DNA of 64,000 nt from Nitrospirota bacterium (lineage in GTDB: Bacteria > Nitrospirota > Nitrospiria > Nitrospirales > Nitrospiraceae): the NCBI GenBank assembly GCA_963703955.1, contig CAVPGK010000017.1, forward strand, positions 192,001 through 256,000, given 5' to 3'. The notes beneath the pieces are model-generated. The model was not told where the DNA came from and made no database searches. It saw only the letters and a list, made by a program, of their open reading frames with translations. This document shows positions 20,431-30,997 of the stretch, in pieces. Made by a program: the position numbers and the translations under genes. The number at the start of each line of letters is the position of its first letter. Position 1 is the stretch's first letter.

Positions 20431-22005
20431 TTAGAAGCGCCCGCGCATGGTGCGAATCAACTCCAGATCGCTCGAAAACAGATCGCGGATGTCATGAATC
20501 TCCAGGGCAACCATAGCCATGCGGTCCAGCCCCAATCCCCATGCAATCACCGGAACCTCCACGCCGAGCGGCACGGTGACTTCCTGTCTGAATAAGCCCG
20601 CCCCGCCTAGCTCCATCCAGCCCAAGCGGGGATGCCGGACATGCAGCTCGACCGACGGTTCGGTGAACGGGAAATACGCCGGTAAAAACCGACTTTCTTT
20701 GGATTGGGCAACCTCGCGGGCAAAGAGATCGAGCAATCCCAGCAAGGTTCTAAAGTTAATGTCGGGACCTAGCACGATCCCCTCGACCTGAAAGAAATCG
20801 GTGGCGTGGGTTGCGTCCACTTGGTCGTAGCGAAAGCACCGCGCGATCGAAAAATACTTGCCCGGAATCTGCGGCCCTGAGGCCAAGGTGCGGGCTGACA
20901 CGGCCGTCCCCTGGCTGCGGAGGACCAAACGCTTCGCGCGCTCGCGATCGTAGGTGTATCCCCAGCCGGTGGACCCGGTCTTTCCTCCGTTCTGATGAGT
21001 GTCGGCCACCCTAGACAGAAATGGCTCAGGCGTCTCTCGCGCGTGGGTCGGCTCTTTCACAAAATACACATCATGGATGGCCCTGGCCGGATGGAACTGC
21101 GGCATGTAGAGGCTATCCATATTCCAGAACTCAGTCTCGATCAGCGACCCTCGCATTTCTTGGAAGCCCATACTGACCAACTTGTGCTTCACGAGATCAA
21201 GGAACTCGCGATAGGCATGGCGTCTCCCGATGGCAATACGGGGCGGGCGGAGGCTAATGGTGTATTTGCGAAACCGCTTGGTGCGCCAGGCTCCATCTTT
21301 GAGCAGCTCGGGAGTGAGCTGCGAGACCTCTTCTCCTGCGGTATCTTTTAGAAGACCCTGCGCCACCGTGCCCGCCGCTGTGAGGATATAGGACCGCTCC
21401 GGCCGTTCATCGATGCGGAACGGTTCACGAGGGTTCCCTCGTTTGACGGCATACTGTTTGATGACATCCTGCTGGGCCGGGGAGAAAGAGGCAAGATTTT
21501 TCTTTCTACCGTGGAGCCCAATTAACAGGTTGCGGAGCTCCTTACAGGTTGGACTGTCAGAACCGGTCAGTTCCAAGTATCCGCCAGGTACGACCCGGAC
21601 CGCTCCCTCTTTTTTCAACAATCCGATGGCCGCGCTCACCTCAGGTGGTTCCAGCCCTTCACGGGATTGAATATCCTTGATCGTGAGGCGTTTCCCTGAC
21701 TGTTCCGCCTCCTTCAACGAGGAGAAGATCCGTTCAATCGGCGCATACTTTTCAAAGTAGATCTCGCCGATCTCTGTGAGCGAGACGAGGGCAGTCGCGG
21801 ATTCTTCATGAACGCGAACGAGCCCCTTTGAGAGCAACCATCCGAGGGCCATACTGATCTGTGAGGGCTCAAGTGAGGTGGCCTGGCCGAGATCTTCTTC
21901 TCCCATGGCTGCCGAGGCAGAATCGGCTTGGTGGTCGCCGAGCGTGGAGAGCACTTTGATTTCCAGCGGATGCAGGCTGTCGATCAGGGTGGTAGGATCT
22001 TGCAT
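20431..22005 (-). CDS. pheS: Phenylalanine--tRNA ligase alpha subunit, archaeal/eukaryotic type (about 524 aa)
   Basis: Long N-terminal extension, FWNMDSLYMPQFHPARAIHD, YFPFTEPS, AWGLGLDR. Confidence 0.93.
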   Translation of the reverse strand: MQDPTTLIDSLHPLEIKVLSTLGDHQADSASAAMGEEDLGQATSLEPSQISMALGWLLSKGLVRVHEESATALVSLTEIGEIYFEKYAPIERIFSSLKEAEQSGKRLTIKDIQSREGLEPPEVSAAIGLLKKEGAVRVVPGGYLELTGSDSPTCKELRNLLIGLHGRKKNLASFSPAQQDVIKQYAVKRGNPREPFRIDERPERSYILTAAGTVAQGLLKDTAGEEVSQLTPELLKDGAWRTKRFRKYTISLRPPRIAIGRRHAYREFLDLVKHKLVSMGFQEMRGSLIETEFWNMDSLYMPQFHPARAIHDVYFVKEPTHARETPEPFLSRVADTHQNGGKTGSTGWGYTYDRERAKRLVLRSQGTAVSARTLASGPQIPGKYFSIARCFRYDQVDATHATDFFQVEGIVLGPDINFRTLLGLLDLFAREVAQSKESRFLPAYFPFTEPSVELHVRHPRLGWMELGGAGLFRQEVTVPLGVEVPVIAWGLGLDRMAMVALEIHDIRDLFSSDLELIRTMRGRF

Positions 22006-22027
22006 GCTTACGGCTAACGGCGCCTCG

Positions 22028-22730
22028 TCACGTGGATTCGACCGGCTTCGCCTTATGCGTTCGCTGCGCGGCCTGCCGCATGGCAGTGATCGTCGCACGG
22101 TAGTCTTGGGTGGTGAAGATAGCAGACCCGGCCACTAGAATATCAGCGCCGGCCTCGATAATTCGTCCAGCATTGTCCACTTTCACACCTCCGTCTACCT
22201 CCAAAACGGCATGGCTGCGTGAGCGGTCGAGAATCTGGCGCGCGCGCATGATTTTTCCGAGGGTCGAGGGGATGAACTGCTGGCCGCCGAAGCCGGGACT
22301 TACGGACATGATAAGGAGAAGGTCCACATCTTCAATGATTTCCTCAATGGCGGTCAACGAGGTGGCGGGGTTCAGCGTCACCCCGGCCTTGACCCCGTGT
22401 TCCTTGATCGCCTGAATGGTCCGATGCAGATGCGGACACGTCTCCACGTGGACGGTCAGATAATCCGCCCCTGCCTCGGCAAATTCCGGAATAAACGCAT
22501 CGGGGTTGGTAATCATGAGATGCACGTCCAAGGGCAACTTCGTGACTTTTCGTAGTGCTTCGACAATAGGGGGCCCCGACCGTGAGATTTGGCACGAAAT
22601 GGCCGTCCATCACGTCGATGTGCAACAGATCGGCGCCTCCCTTTTCCACACAGGCGACCTCTTCGGCAAGCCGCGCAAAATCCGCTGAAAGAATTGACGG
22701 CGCAATCCGAACGTCTGCGCGGGCCATCAC
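22028..22730 (-). CDS. rpe: Ribulose-phosphate 3-epimerase, frameshifted at the G/C run 22569-22577
   Basis: [22 protein letters not shown] in one frame; [22 protein letters not shown] in the next. Confidence 0.93.
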
Positions 22731-24175
22731 GCTGAGACCTTTCGGAGCCGGGCGGCAAAAAACCCATCCATGGAGTAAGGCGAGAACATGGTCGAGAGAT
22801 CTCCCTCAGCGTTCATGAGGGCTTGGCCGGCCGGCGGTAACCACGTGGCAACGGATTCGGGAGAGAATTCCGAGTGTTGCTCAAGAAACTGCGCAACCAC
22901 CTGCTCATTTTCTTCCGGTTCAGTCGAACAAGTACTATAGACTAATACGCCGCCAGGTCGCAAGGCGCGGCTGATCCGATCGAGTAGCCTCATCTGCATA
23001 GCCTGATGTCGCGCCAAGAGATCCTCTGCTTTTTGCCATTTGCCTTCGGGATGTCGGCGAAGGACGCCCAAGCCGCTGCACGGCGCATCCAGCAAAACGC
23101 GATCGAAGGGCACCGCCAGAGCGCTCAGAAGACGCGATGAACGTGATCGATCATCCGTGAACGACGGTATGGCTTGAGCGGCATCGGCTTGCATCGTGGT
23201 CACGATTCGAACGCCAAGCCGTCGGCAATTCTCTTCAAGCAGATGCAGGCGAGCCGCGCGCCGATCCAACGCGATGATTTCGCCACGATTCTGCATCAGC
23301 GCCGCAAGATGGGTAGCCTTTCCGCCGGGGGCGGCGCAAGCATCGAGCACGCGTTCGCCGGGCTGGGGATCAAGGATCGGCGGGACTAACTGTCCGGCCT
23401 CATCCTCGACATAAAACGCGCCTTCGCTGAAGAGCGGAAGCTCTGTCACCAGCCCACGCTTCTCCACGATCAAGCCTGTCGGGCTGACCTGAGTAGGGCA
23501 GGCCTCGCATCCCTCCTTCAGAAATTCCTGGAGCAGACGCTCGCGCGTCACCCGTAAGGTGTTGACTCGAAGTGTGAGAGGGGGGATTGAAGTTGTTGCC
23601 TTGCAGAGCAATTCGGCCCCCTCTGCGCCGAAACGATCGATCCATCGTCCTGACAGCCACTGCGGGCATCCATGTCGGACGGCAAAGGCGAAGGCCGGAT
23701 CGCGGGTCGAGTCCGGCCAGGCCGGAGCTGGCGTAGACCCTAATGCGCGAAGGACTGCATTCACGAACCCGGCCCAGTGTTGCCCAGAGCGTCGTTTGAC
23801 CAAAGAAACGGACTCGTTCACAGCGGCTGAGGCCGGCACGCGGTGCAAATACAGCAATTGGTAGGCGCCGATGCGCAGCGAGGAGCGGACCAGGAAGGGA
23901 AGGCGCTCGATGGACCGATCCGAGACCTGGACCAATCGCCAATCAAGCGTGGATCGATGGCGAAGGACACCATAGACCAGCTCAACGGCCAGCGCTCGAT
24001 CGCGGCCATCGAGCCGGGCTTGGGCGAGGGCTTGGTCCAACGATTCATCCGCAAAGACATTATTGCGTTCAACTTCCTGCAAGACCGCCATCGCCACCGA
24101 TCTGGCGCTAGGCCGGATGAAACGGGGCGTCACCAATGTCTTGGAAGTGTGCGGGGTGGGTTTCCCGCGTGTCAC
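22727..24175 (-). CDS. rsmB: 16S rRNA m5C967 methyltransferase
   Basis: NusB-like N-terminus, [20 protein letters not shown]. Confidence 0.95.
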   Translation of the reverse strand: MTRGKPTPHTSKTLVTPRFIRPSARSVAMAVLQEVERNNVFADESLDQALAQARLDGRDRALAVELVYGVLRHRSTLDWRLVQVSDRSIERLPFLVRSSLRIGAYQLLYLHRVPASAAVNESVSLVKRRSGQHWAGFVNAVLRALGSTPAPAWPDSTRDPAFAFAVRHGCPQWLSGRWIDRFGAEGAELLCKATTSIPPLTLRVNTLRVTRERLLQEFLKEGCEACPTQVSPTGLIVEKRGLVTELPLFSEGAFYVEDEAGQLVPPILDPQPGERVLDACAAPGGKATHLAALMQNRGEIIALDRRAARLHLLEENCRRLGVRIVTTMQADAAQAIPSFTDDRSRSSRLLSALAVPFDRVLLDAPCSGLGVLRRHPEGKWQKAEDLLARHQAMQMRLLDRISRALRPGGVLVYSTCSTEPEENEQVVAQFLEQHSEFSPESVATWLPPAGQALMNAEGDLSTMFSPYSMDGFFAARLRKVSA

Positions 24176-25137
24176 TCAGGCCTCGCGTGGGGAGAAGATC
24201 GGAGTACCAACCCTGCTGAGAGAGAATGTCCGGCTACATAGCTCTGGACTGTCATTCTCCGGCTGTTGGCGGGTTGAAGTTCCGTGATCGCCAGCAGGCC
24301 TTCCCCCGTTGAGACAAGGATCGAATCATTATTGAGGGTCACAATCGTTCCAGCCGGGGTTTCCTTTGGGAGGCCGGCATCGCGATTCACCGAGTACGCA
24401 CGGCAGATTGTCCATCGATCTTCACCGGCATGGGTGTAGGCTCCTGGCCACGGTGACAGTCCGCGGACGCGATTGGCGATATCCGCGGCCGGCAAACTCC
24501 AATCGATCGCCCCATTTTCTTTCTTGAGCAGCGGAGCCATGGTGGCTCGTGAATGATCCTGCGGCTCAGGGATGACCGTGCCGGCCTTCAGCCGACGGAT
24601 GGTTTCGACCAGCAGCCGTCCTCCCACCTCGCCTAATTTCCGGGAGAGGGTTCCCGCCGTGTCTTCAGAACTAATCGGAACGCGCTCTTGGAGTAGAATG
24701 GCGCCGGTATCCATGCCGGCATCCATCATCATCGTGGTGATGCCCGTTTCCTTTTCTCCATTGATGAGAGCCCACTGGATTGGCCCGGCGCCTCGATATT
24801 TAGGAAGTAACGAGGCATGGACATTGACGCACCCTTTGTGCGGCAGGTCCAGGATTACCGTGGGGAGGATGCGGCCGAACGCCGCCACAGTAATGAGATC
24901 GGGTTTCCACGCGCGAAGGGACTCGAGGAAAGCCGAGTCTTTCATTTTTGTGGGTTGCACAAACGGAATCCGTTCGCGCTGGCAGATTAGTTTGATGGGT
25001 GGAGGGGTCAACGCGCCTCCGCGACCCTTGGGTCGATCCGGTTGGGTCACCACGCCCACGACGGTATCTTCTGAATGCAAGAGCGCCTCGAGGGAAGGCA
25101 CAGCAAATTCCGGTGTGCCCATAAACACGATATTCAT
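24172..25137 (-). CDS. fmt: Methionyl-tRNA formyltransferase
   Basis: FMGTPEFA, TQPDRPKGRG, NVHASLLPKYRGAGPI. Confidence 0.98.
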   Translation of the reverse strand: MNIVFMGTPEFAVPSLEALLHSEDTVVGVVTQPDRPKGRGGALTPPPIKLICQRERIPFVQPTKMKDSAFLESLRAWKPDLITVAAFGRILPTVILDLPHKGCVNVHASLLPKYRGAGPIQWALINGEKETGITTMMMDAGMDTGAILLQERVPISSEDTAGTLSRKLGEVGGRLLVETIRRLKAGTVIPEPQDHSRATMAPLLKKENGAIDWSLPAADIANRVRGLSPWPGAYTHAGEDRWTICRAYSVNRDAGLPKETPAGTIVTLNNDSILVSTGEGLLAITELQPANSRRMTVQSYVAGHSLSAGLVLRSSPHARPE

Positions 25138-25192
25138 GGTATCGCTTTAACACTGCTGCACATTGGATTGCAACGCAGCGACGTTCGTTGTC

Positions 25193-25222
25193 TTGACTTG
25201 GGAATGACCCATTTGTTAGCAT
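25193..25222 (+). promoter_or_regulatory. Sigma-70 promoter of tRNA-fMet
   Basis: TTGACT-N18-TAGCAT with extended -10 TG; same layout as the tRNA-Val promoter. Confidence 0.55.
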
Positions 25223-25227
25223 CCGAC

Positions 25228-25304
<77 letters not shown>

Positions 25305-25323
25305 ACGTAACTCATTGACGCTG

Positions 25324-25360
25324 AAGGCCTTGACCATCATTTGGTCAGGGCCTTTTTATT
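25324..25360 (+). terminator. Rho-independent terminator
   Basis: AAGGCCTTGACCA-loop-TGGTCAGGGCCTT followed by a T tract. Confidence 0.75.
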
Positions 25361-25910
25361 TCAGTAGCGAATGTAGGTTGCGGCTGGGTTCGGATTCGGG
25401 CTAGTGGTCCGTGATTTCCTGCCCCGTGCGTCCCATCGAAGGTGTGGCACCCGAAAAACGCGCCTCTTCTGCGCACGTGGGAACCTCCACGCAGTGCATA
25501 TCCGGGTTTGACGTGTCCAAACTCTCTTCGTCCTTTCACCGGGGCCCTTTGAGGGTAGCTGCCAAGCCAACTTACAAGTTATAAGCGCGCGTCGGGTTTC
25601 TAACCCATGGTACGGAGGGCCTTGATTTGCCAAATAAAGTATTGTAACCAACGGGTACACTACATCTCAGGCCGACGTCACGTCAATAGCGAGTTGACGA
25701 TCATGATGGTCGGTAGGACCACTTTGCGTTTCCTTCTCAGTAACAATGGCCTGTACCGCTCAGGGCTGTTGAGTTGATCGTGGAGGTCGAGCTTTGCCAG
25801 GTATCGATCCATGCTCGGAGGGCTCCTATTTTGACAGGATGTCAGACAGCCCAGGCTTATAGGATACTGAGCGGTTGTCACCAACAGAGAGGGAAATCTC
25901 TTACGTGCAC

Positions 25911-26153
25911 ATGGCGAAGTATTCAGTTAACTTCTTCTGCAACGAGTGCTCGGAGGTTCATCCGATGAGGGGGATCGTCTTACCCCTTGACGACGGTCCT
26001 TCAGTCAGAGCGAGTGTAGGGGCTACTTACGCTGGCAAAGCACTACCGGCTATTTTAGCGAACATCGGAGCCAACGTGCTTACCTGCCCAAACACAGGAA
26101 AACTTACGTCACAGAAGGACAACGACAAGGTGTTCCTAGTCGCAATAGGGTAA
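25911..26153 (+). CDS. Small putative metal-binding protein
   Basis: CNECSEVH...TCPNTG pattern, 80 aa. Confidence 0.6.
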   Translation: MAKYSVNFFCNECSEVHPMRGIVLPLDDGPSVRASVGATYAGKALPAILANIGANVLTCPNTGKLTSQKDNDKVFLVAIG

Positions 26154-26197
26154 AGAGGATGGGCGCAAGCCGGGCAAACAGTCCGCATGTGGGGAAG

Positions 26198-26413
26198 ATG
26201 AATTACTTAGTAGAAGACTTTCTGGAAGAATCGAAAGAGCCAAGTCTTTGCCTTAAATGCTTTATCAAACTAAAAGTCGGGGTGACCGACGCGGAAAAGC
26301 CGTTCTTGCTGTCTGAGGAAGTTTCTACCTTGATGAATCAGAAGGGAATGTATTTTAAGCAAGGCACATGCGCTGAGTGCGGAAAGGAAGGCGAGGTCAT
26401 CGCTAGTCAATAA
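26198..26413 (+). CDS. Small CxxC...CxxC protein
   Basis: CLKC and CAEC motifs; follows the previous gene. Confidence 0.55.
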   Translation: MNYLVEDFLEESKEPSLCLKCFIKLKVGVTDAEKPFLLSEEVSTLMNQKGMYFKQGTCAECGKEGEVIASQ

Positions 26414-26590
26414 AGAAAGAACCCAAAACCGATCACTGCCTAGATTCTGCACCGATAGAGGTCATCTTCACTTCCCCACACCACGCGCCTTGACGAGAAA
26501 GCCGGGACATCGTTATACGGAGGCAGGCGGATCATCCGCGCCGCCCTGCAATAATGCCAGTGAACAAATAAGACCCTGCGCGGTCATCCT

Positions 26591-26923
26591 TCATCCACTC
26601 TCCTCCGTTGCCTTTCGCGGTCCTCTAAGCGTGCATATGAATTGACCACCCTTGTGGCAAAAGCATAAACTGAGGGGAAGAATACTTAGTGAGGGGCCTT
26701 TCTTCGCAATAGATGCATAGATGACAGACTGCAATCTCTCGGTTGTTTTGGTCCTCAAGGGGCGTGGTGCGCTACGGAGTGGTCCCATTATTACCTCCCA
26801 GGTATATACTTCTAAAGACTTATTACCATTCCATCTGGCTCGCAATTGCTCAGTTAGAGTTCCCATGGCCACTTGGTCTTCTGCACGCATCGGCAGGCGT
26901 ATTGTCAAACCTCCTCCTTGCAT
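26591..26923 (-). CDS. Hypothetical protein
   Basis: Strong SD AAGGAGG before ATG; no recognisable motif. Confidence 0.35.
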   Translation of the reverse strand: MQGGGLTIRLPMRAEDQVAMGTLTEQLRARWNGNKSLEVYTWEVIMGPLRSAPRPLRTKTTERLQSVIYASIAKKGPSLSILPLSLCFCHKGGQFICTLRGPRKATEESG

Positions 26924-27028
26924 TTCCTCCTTAAACGCTCTGAATATCCCGCAATTCAGTTTAGTTTTAGGGGATGCTCTCTTGAGTCGGTCTCAACCTG
27001 CGGTTAAGCTTATAGGACAAACTGAGCT

Positions 27029-27760
27029 ATGAAATCACCAGTACAAAGTCGAATGGGCTTTGCTGCTCCGGGATGTTAGGGAAGAAATTATTGGACTTCT
27101 CGCCAACCGATACATCTTCAGAACAGTGCAGGAGATCATTCGACGCAATACCCGTTTTCGGGCATGTCCTGCGATGTTCAACCATTGGACATGGACCGTA
27201 TATTCTGCAGCGAATGGCATCGGGTCAGGCGTCTTGCGAGCGAGTCTTCCGAGAGTAACGATGTCAGCCTTGACCGTTTGTTCAGCGAGATGATTCGGGA
27301 TGCCGGTAAACTCTGGGAGCCTTTCCAGCATCATTTTCGGATCGATCTGGCTAAGGCGTATGCCGAGGCAGCGAAGGGAGTCTCCAACGACGATAAGCAA
27401 TGCAAAGTGGAGGCGTGCAGACGGCTGATTAGTGCAGATCGCAAGTTGCTCCGCAAAGCGACAGACAAGGCCATTCATTTCGCCAGTAAGAGAGTCGCGC
27501 ATAGGAATCCGACCATGCCGGTACATACGACGTTCAATGATCTTGATCAGGCCGTTGACATGGTAAAGAATCTAACTGAGAAGTATCTCTTGCTGGTGTA
27601 TGACAGGAACTTCGATCTGCTCAAAGACATGAAAGAGAAAAAACTGACGAAGAGATGGGATGAAGTCTTTTTGATTCCGTGGGCGACACCAGAAATTCTT
27701 GCGCTACCTTTAGGGGATATACCGCCATCACGAGTTCCTGGACGTTCCCGCAACACATGA
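27029..27760 (+). CDS. AbiU2/HEPN-like protein broken by two homopolymer frameshifts (near 27033 and 27225)
   Basis: Joined frames give an all-helical protein of about 243 aa with GVRRLAS...DVSLDRLF and FASKRVAH motifs. Confidence 0.55.
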
Positions 27761-27812
27761 ACTGCTGCATCCGTCAAACCTGATATTGCTCTCTCTCCTG
27801 AGTTGGCATGTC

Positions 27813-28452
27813 TCAGTCCTTCCATGCCATGGGCCTCAAAGTGATCTCACCTACGAGATTCCGAATTTGTTCCCGCATCGGGTCGATGTGACGCAGAGGA
27901 ACGTTGGCCAAAATGTTGACCACCGCCTCGTATCGTTCCCTGGCACGGGGCAGCAAGTTTACCACCTTATCGAACTGCTGCGCGCCATTCTCAAGCCGTG
28001 CGCGTAGCCGGTCGCGTGAGGCTTCTAAGCGTTCGAGTTCGGCTTTCGTGCTCGCTGTGAAGATCCCCTGCTTGATTGCGTTCAGCAGGTGGGCGATCTC
28101 CGATTCGACCGTGGCGAGGTCCTTGTGCACCCGGCCGAGGTCCGGTCCTTGCTGTCGCTTGCGCTCAGCCAGTAGGCGCGTCATCTCCTTGACAAAGAGG
28201 GCAAACCGCTCTGGCGTAAACAACTCCCGCCGAAGTCCGTCAAGGCAACGCGCCTCGACCAGGTCACGACGGACGCGTAACGTGTTCGAGTAGGCTCGCC
28301 GATTAAGGGCGCCCGCGCAGCCATAGCGATAGGTGTCCGCCATGACGAACCGACTCCCGCACACACCACAGGTCAACAGTCCGGAGAACAGATATTTACC
28401 GTTGATCACCGGTGTCCCCTTCTTCATTTCCGGACGAGATTTGTGGCGCGCC
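27813..28452 (-). pseudogene. Large serine recombinase remnant (Zn-ribbon and coiled-coil only)
   Basis: KYLFSGLLTCGVCGSRF...YRYGC, coiled-coil EIAHLLNAIKQG; catalytic N-terminal domain absent. Confidence 0.85.
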
Positions 28453-28722
28453 TTCTGGTTGACGAACACAGCGATTTCTTCGGCCCGTCTCTATTGGGAA
28501 AATAAGTTCAGCTATTTCAACGCCAAAAACGTCTCCATCCCGGCTGCCGTAAGCGTCTTTCCTGACGAGCTCTATCAAGCGCCGCGGAGTTGGACAGAGC
28601 GGGCGTATCCCAAACTCATCCATTACAACAAGCTCGACAAAGGCGGGCACTTTGCGGCCTGGGAACAGCCGCAACTCTTTTCAGAAGAGGTTCGTGCGGG
28701 CTTCAGACCACTGCGCAAATAG
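28453..28722 (+). pseudogene. Epoxide hydrolase C-terminal fragment
   Basis: FWLTNTAISSARLYWE...FPDEL...GGHFAAWEQP; no N-terminal part. Confidence 0.85.
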
Positions 28723-28889
28723 TGGAGCAGAGGATGTTCTATTGCCTTCACGTTTGACCGCATCTCGCGATCTGGGTTTCTTGTGGGCTTAGGTTGTCGT
28801 AGGTTGGACTATCTGATTCGTAAACCGCAGGTGAGTTCCGATCTCCACTCACTTCACGGGAATGCGCAGGGGGGTCCGAAATGCCGCTA

Positions 28890-28910
28890 AAATCGGGCCT
28901 CCGCAACCAA
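28890..28910 (+). other. attR-like degenerate tRNA-fMet 3' end
   Basis: AAATCGGGCCTCCGCAACCA versus tRNA AAATCCTTCCCCCGCAACCA (16/20, same register). Confidence 0.6.
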
Positions 28911-28928
28911 AGGATCAAAGGTTCCCCT

Positions 28929-28962
28929 AAGGGGTTAGCCAACGGTTGGTTAACCCTTTTTA
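28929..28962 (+). terminator. Rho-independent terminator after the attR-like site
   Basis: AAGGGGTTAGCCAA-cgg-TTGGTTAACCCTTTTT. Confidence 0.7.
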
Positions 28963-29137
28963 TGTTCTGATGGTTGATTGTCGGTGTTTTGACCGCGTTC
29001 TTCTCCCATCCTCGCCCCTACGGCCAAGAGGCTGCCTGCACAAACTGGACACGAGCCATTGAGACGCGCGGGGAAGGAGGGAGTGGCGATCTCATCCTGA
29101 AGGCTGGAAATTCACAACCAAGGACCAGGATCGGGAC

Positions 29138-29392
29138 TTACTCGTTGCGTTCTGGTCCCGAGGCAACACTCGCTAGCGTGGATGTCATCCTGGGAAACAG
29201 GGCGAGTTCACCGTCTCCCACTTTGAGGCGATATCCGTCCTCTCGCTTCTCTAAATACGTCCACGACACCTGTTCAATCCTCCCGGAAGGGAGGACCACT
29301 TCGGCGATCAGTGGGTTCAGGGCGGTCTGATCTAAGAGCACGCGGGAAAGGTGTCCCCAGGGTTTGCCATTGCGCTTATAGAAGGGCGACAT
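29138..29392 (-). CDS. Small protein, possibly PRC-barrel-like
   Basis: GKPWGHLSRVLLD...AEVVL..G..EQVSW..L pattern resembles a PRC-barrel. Confidence 0.35.
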   Translation of the reverse strand: MSPFYKRNGKPWGHLSRVLLDQTALNPLIAEVVLPSGRIEQVSWTYLEKREDGYRLKVGDGELALFPRMTSTLASVASGPERNE

Positions 29393-29546
29393 CGGGAATA
29401 CGTCCTTTCGACGCGCCGTGTGTGAGGTGGGCGTGTCGGTATCGGCAGTACCACTCATGACCTAAGGAGGCGCCCAAGAAGAGTCCCGCAACGATCATCA
29501 GCAGGATTAGGGCAACGACGCAATAGATCACCACGAACAGATCCAT
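29376..29546 (-). CDS. 56-aa single-TM small protein (not in ORF track)
   Basis: SD AGAGGAG; MDLFVVIYCVVALILLMIVAGLFLGASLGHEWYCRYRHAHLTHG... Confidence 0.55.
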   Translation of the reverse strand: MDLFVVIYCVVALILLMIVAGLFLGASLGHEWYCRYRHAHLTHGASKGRIPDVALL

Positions 29547-30126
29547 CGGGGGTCTCCTCTAAAAGCGAACGGGACATCATCATTTAGCGGAAATGGAAAC
29601 GGGATTCCTATTGGACAACGGTCGTACACCCAACGGAGGAGTCGGAGCGTGAGGACGCCGCCAGTTCATCCCGCGGTGTCGCTGCGCGATCGGATTAGCT
29701 GTCGAACCTCCGACAGAACCGGCGTCCGCCCTTTAAGGCGGTCCCACTGCTCACACCGCTGAAGATGAGCTACGAGCGGCGAAGAACGAGCCGAAAATCC
29801 TACACGGCGATCGTTGGTGGGTTAGAGGAGATGCGGCGGGAGACGGTCGACCTTGTTCGTGAACCCGCGGCAGGGGGGTATGGAGCACATAGGCTGGTCA
29901 ACAACCCAGCCGAAGGGAATGCGCCACTCACACTTCAGCTATTGGTGGACCTGTAGCATGAACGAAGTGCAGTGTTAGTGATTCTGTCTCATGGTGTATC
30001 ACTTCAGATAAAGGCGTTATCTCATCTGATATATCCGTAACGAGACGGACGCTTCCTTCCATGTTCAGACCCGTATATTTCGTTGAAATTACGGCGATCT
30101 TGGTGGTGTGCAGCATTAATGAAATG

Positions 30127-30140
30127 GGCACTTATCTTGC
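30127..30140 (+). promoter_or_regulatory. Candidate sigma-54 promoter
   Basis: GGCACTTATCTTGC (GG-N10-GC). Confidence 0.5.
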
Positions 30141-30247
30141 TCACTCCATCAAAGCAAGGCATTGAATAGGGAGTTCCACATGGTCATTGTAATTGCTGTC
30201 GTTGCGTGGTTGTTCATCATTGGATACCTGGGTACGGAGGTATCGTC

Positions 30248-30481
30248 ATGGCTATCGGAGTTCTGAAAACCGCGCTAAGACTGATCGGAGTGTTGGTGGC
30301 GTATGCTCGGCACCTAACACTCTGTAGGACGGAACCTTCCGGTAGCTCTTCTGAAGAGTATTTGGGTGCCGAGGCCATAGTGCCCACAGAAGCGATGCGT
30401 TACTTGGCGGCAAATAGTAAAGGTACGCATCCCAGGCTTTTCTTTTCAAAACTCCGAACTCGAATCACCGAAGCCGCCTAA
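30248..30481 (+). CDS. Small hypothetical protein
   Basis: SD GGAGG before ATG GCT ATC; downstream of the sigma-54-like site. Confidence 0.4.
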   Translation: MAIGVLKTALRLIGVLVAYARHLTLCRTEPSGSSSEEYLGAEAIVPTEAMRYLAANSKGTHPRLFFSKLRTRITEAA

Positions 30482-30997
30482 CAATGAAGCCACATTTGCT
30501 TGTGGCAGGTTATTAAACTCTCGTCAAGAGCCGGGCCGACCAAAGCTGTCATTTGTCATTCTCACCCGTGACGGATTAGGCTCTACGCAGCGAATATCAC
30601 TTATCCCAGTCCCCGCTTCCCGGCATCATCCTCATGCGCATGTCTTACGACAACCTTTCTCACTCGTGCCTCTTCCGCTCTACGAGCACGGATAGTCTGT
30701 TCAGTTAGGCGAGGGGAATTCAAGCATCCTACTACGCGAAAAAAGTCCCGTGAGAACAGCCATGAATTGATCTGATTGCTAGGAGGATAAACTCGGAGCG
30801 CGAAGAATCTACATATATATGGAGGTCACGATGAGATGAGGTGCATCAAACGCTTGACCCGTCCACGGATTCACCGAGAGCAATTGAAGGCGGGACTGTG
30901 CAACGTCTGGTCGACGGACATGAGAAGATTCTGGAGGGCGAGGCGCCTTACGTGTCGCCTTGGTGGTTCGATGAGGAGGAGAGGAGGCTCCTGTGCA

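Larger units (their letters stand above)
25305..28910. mobile_element. Decayed integrative element at tRNA-fMet
   Basis: Bounded by the tRNA 3' end and a degenerate copy at 28890-28910; contains a serine recombinase remnant; AT-richer sequence. Confidence 0.65.

Noticed and set aside
22569..22577. Programmed frameshift or phase variation in rpe
   Set aside because: Runs are short (G5/C4), rpe is a housekeeping gene, and similar indels recur across the window
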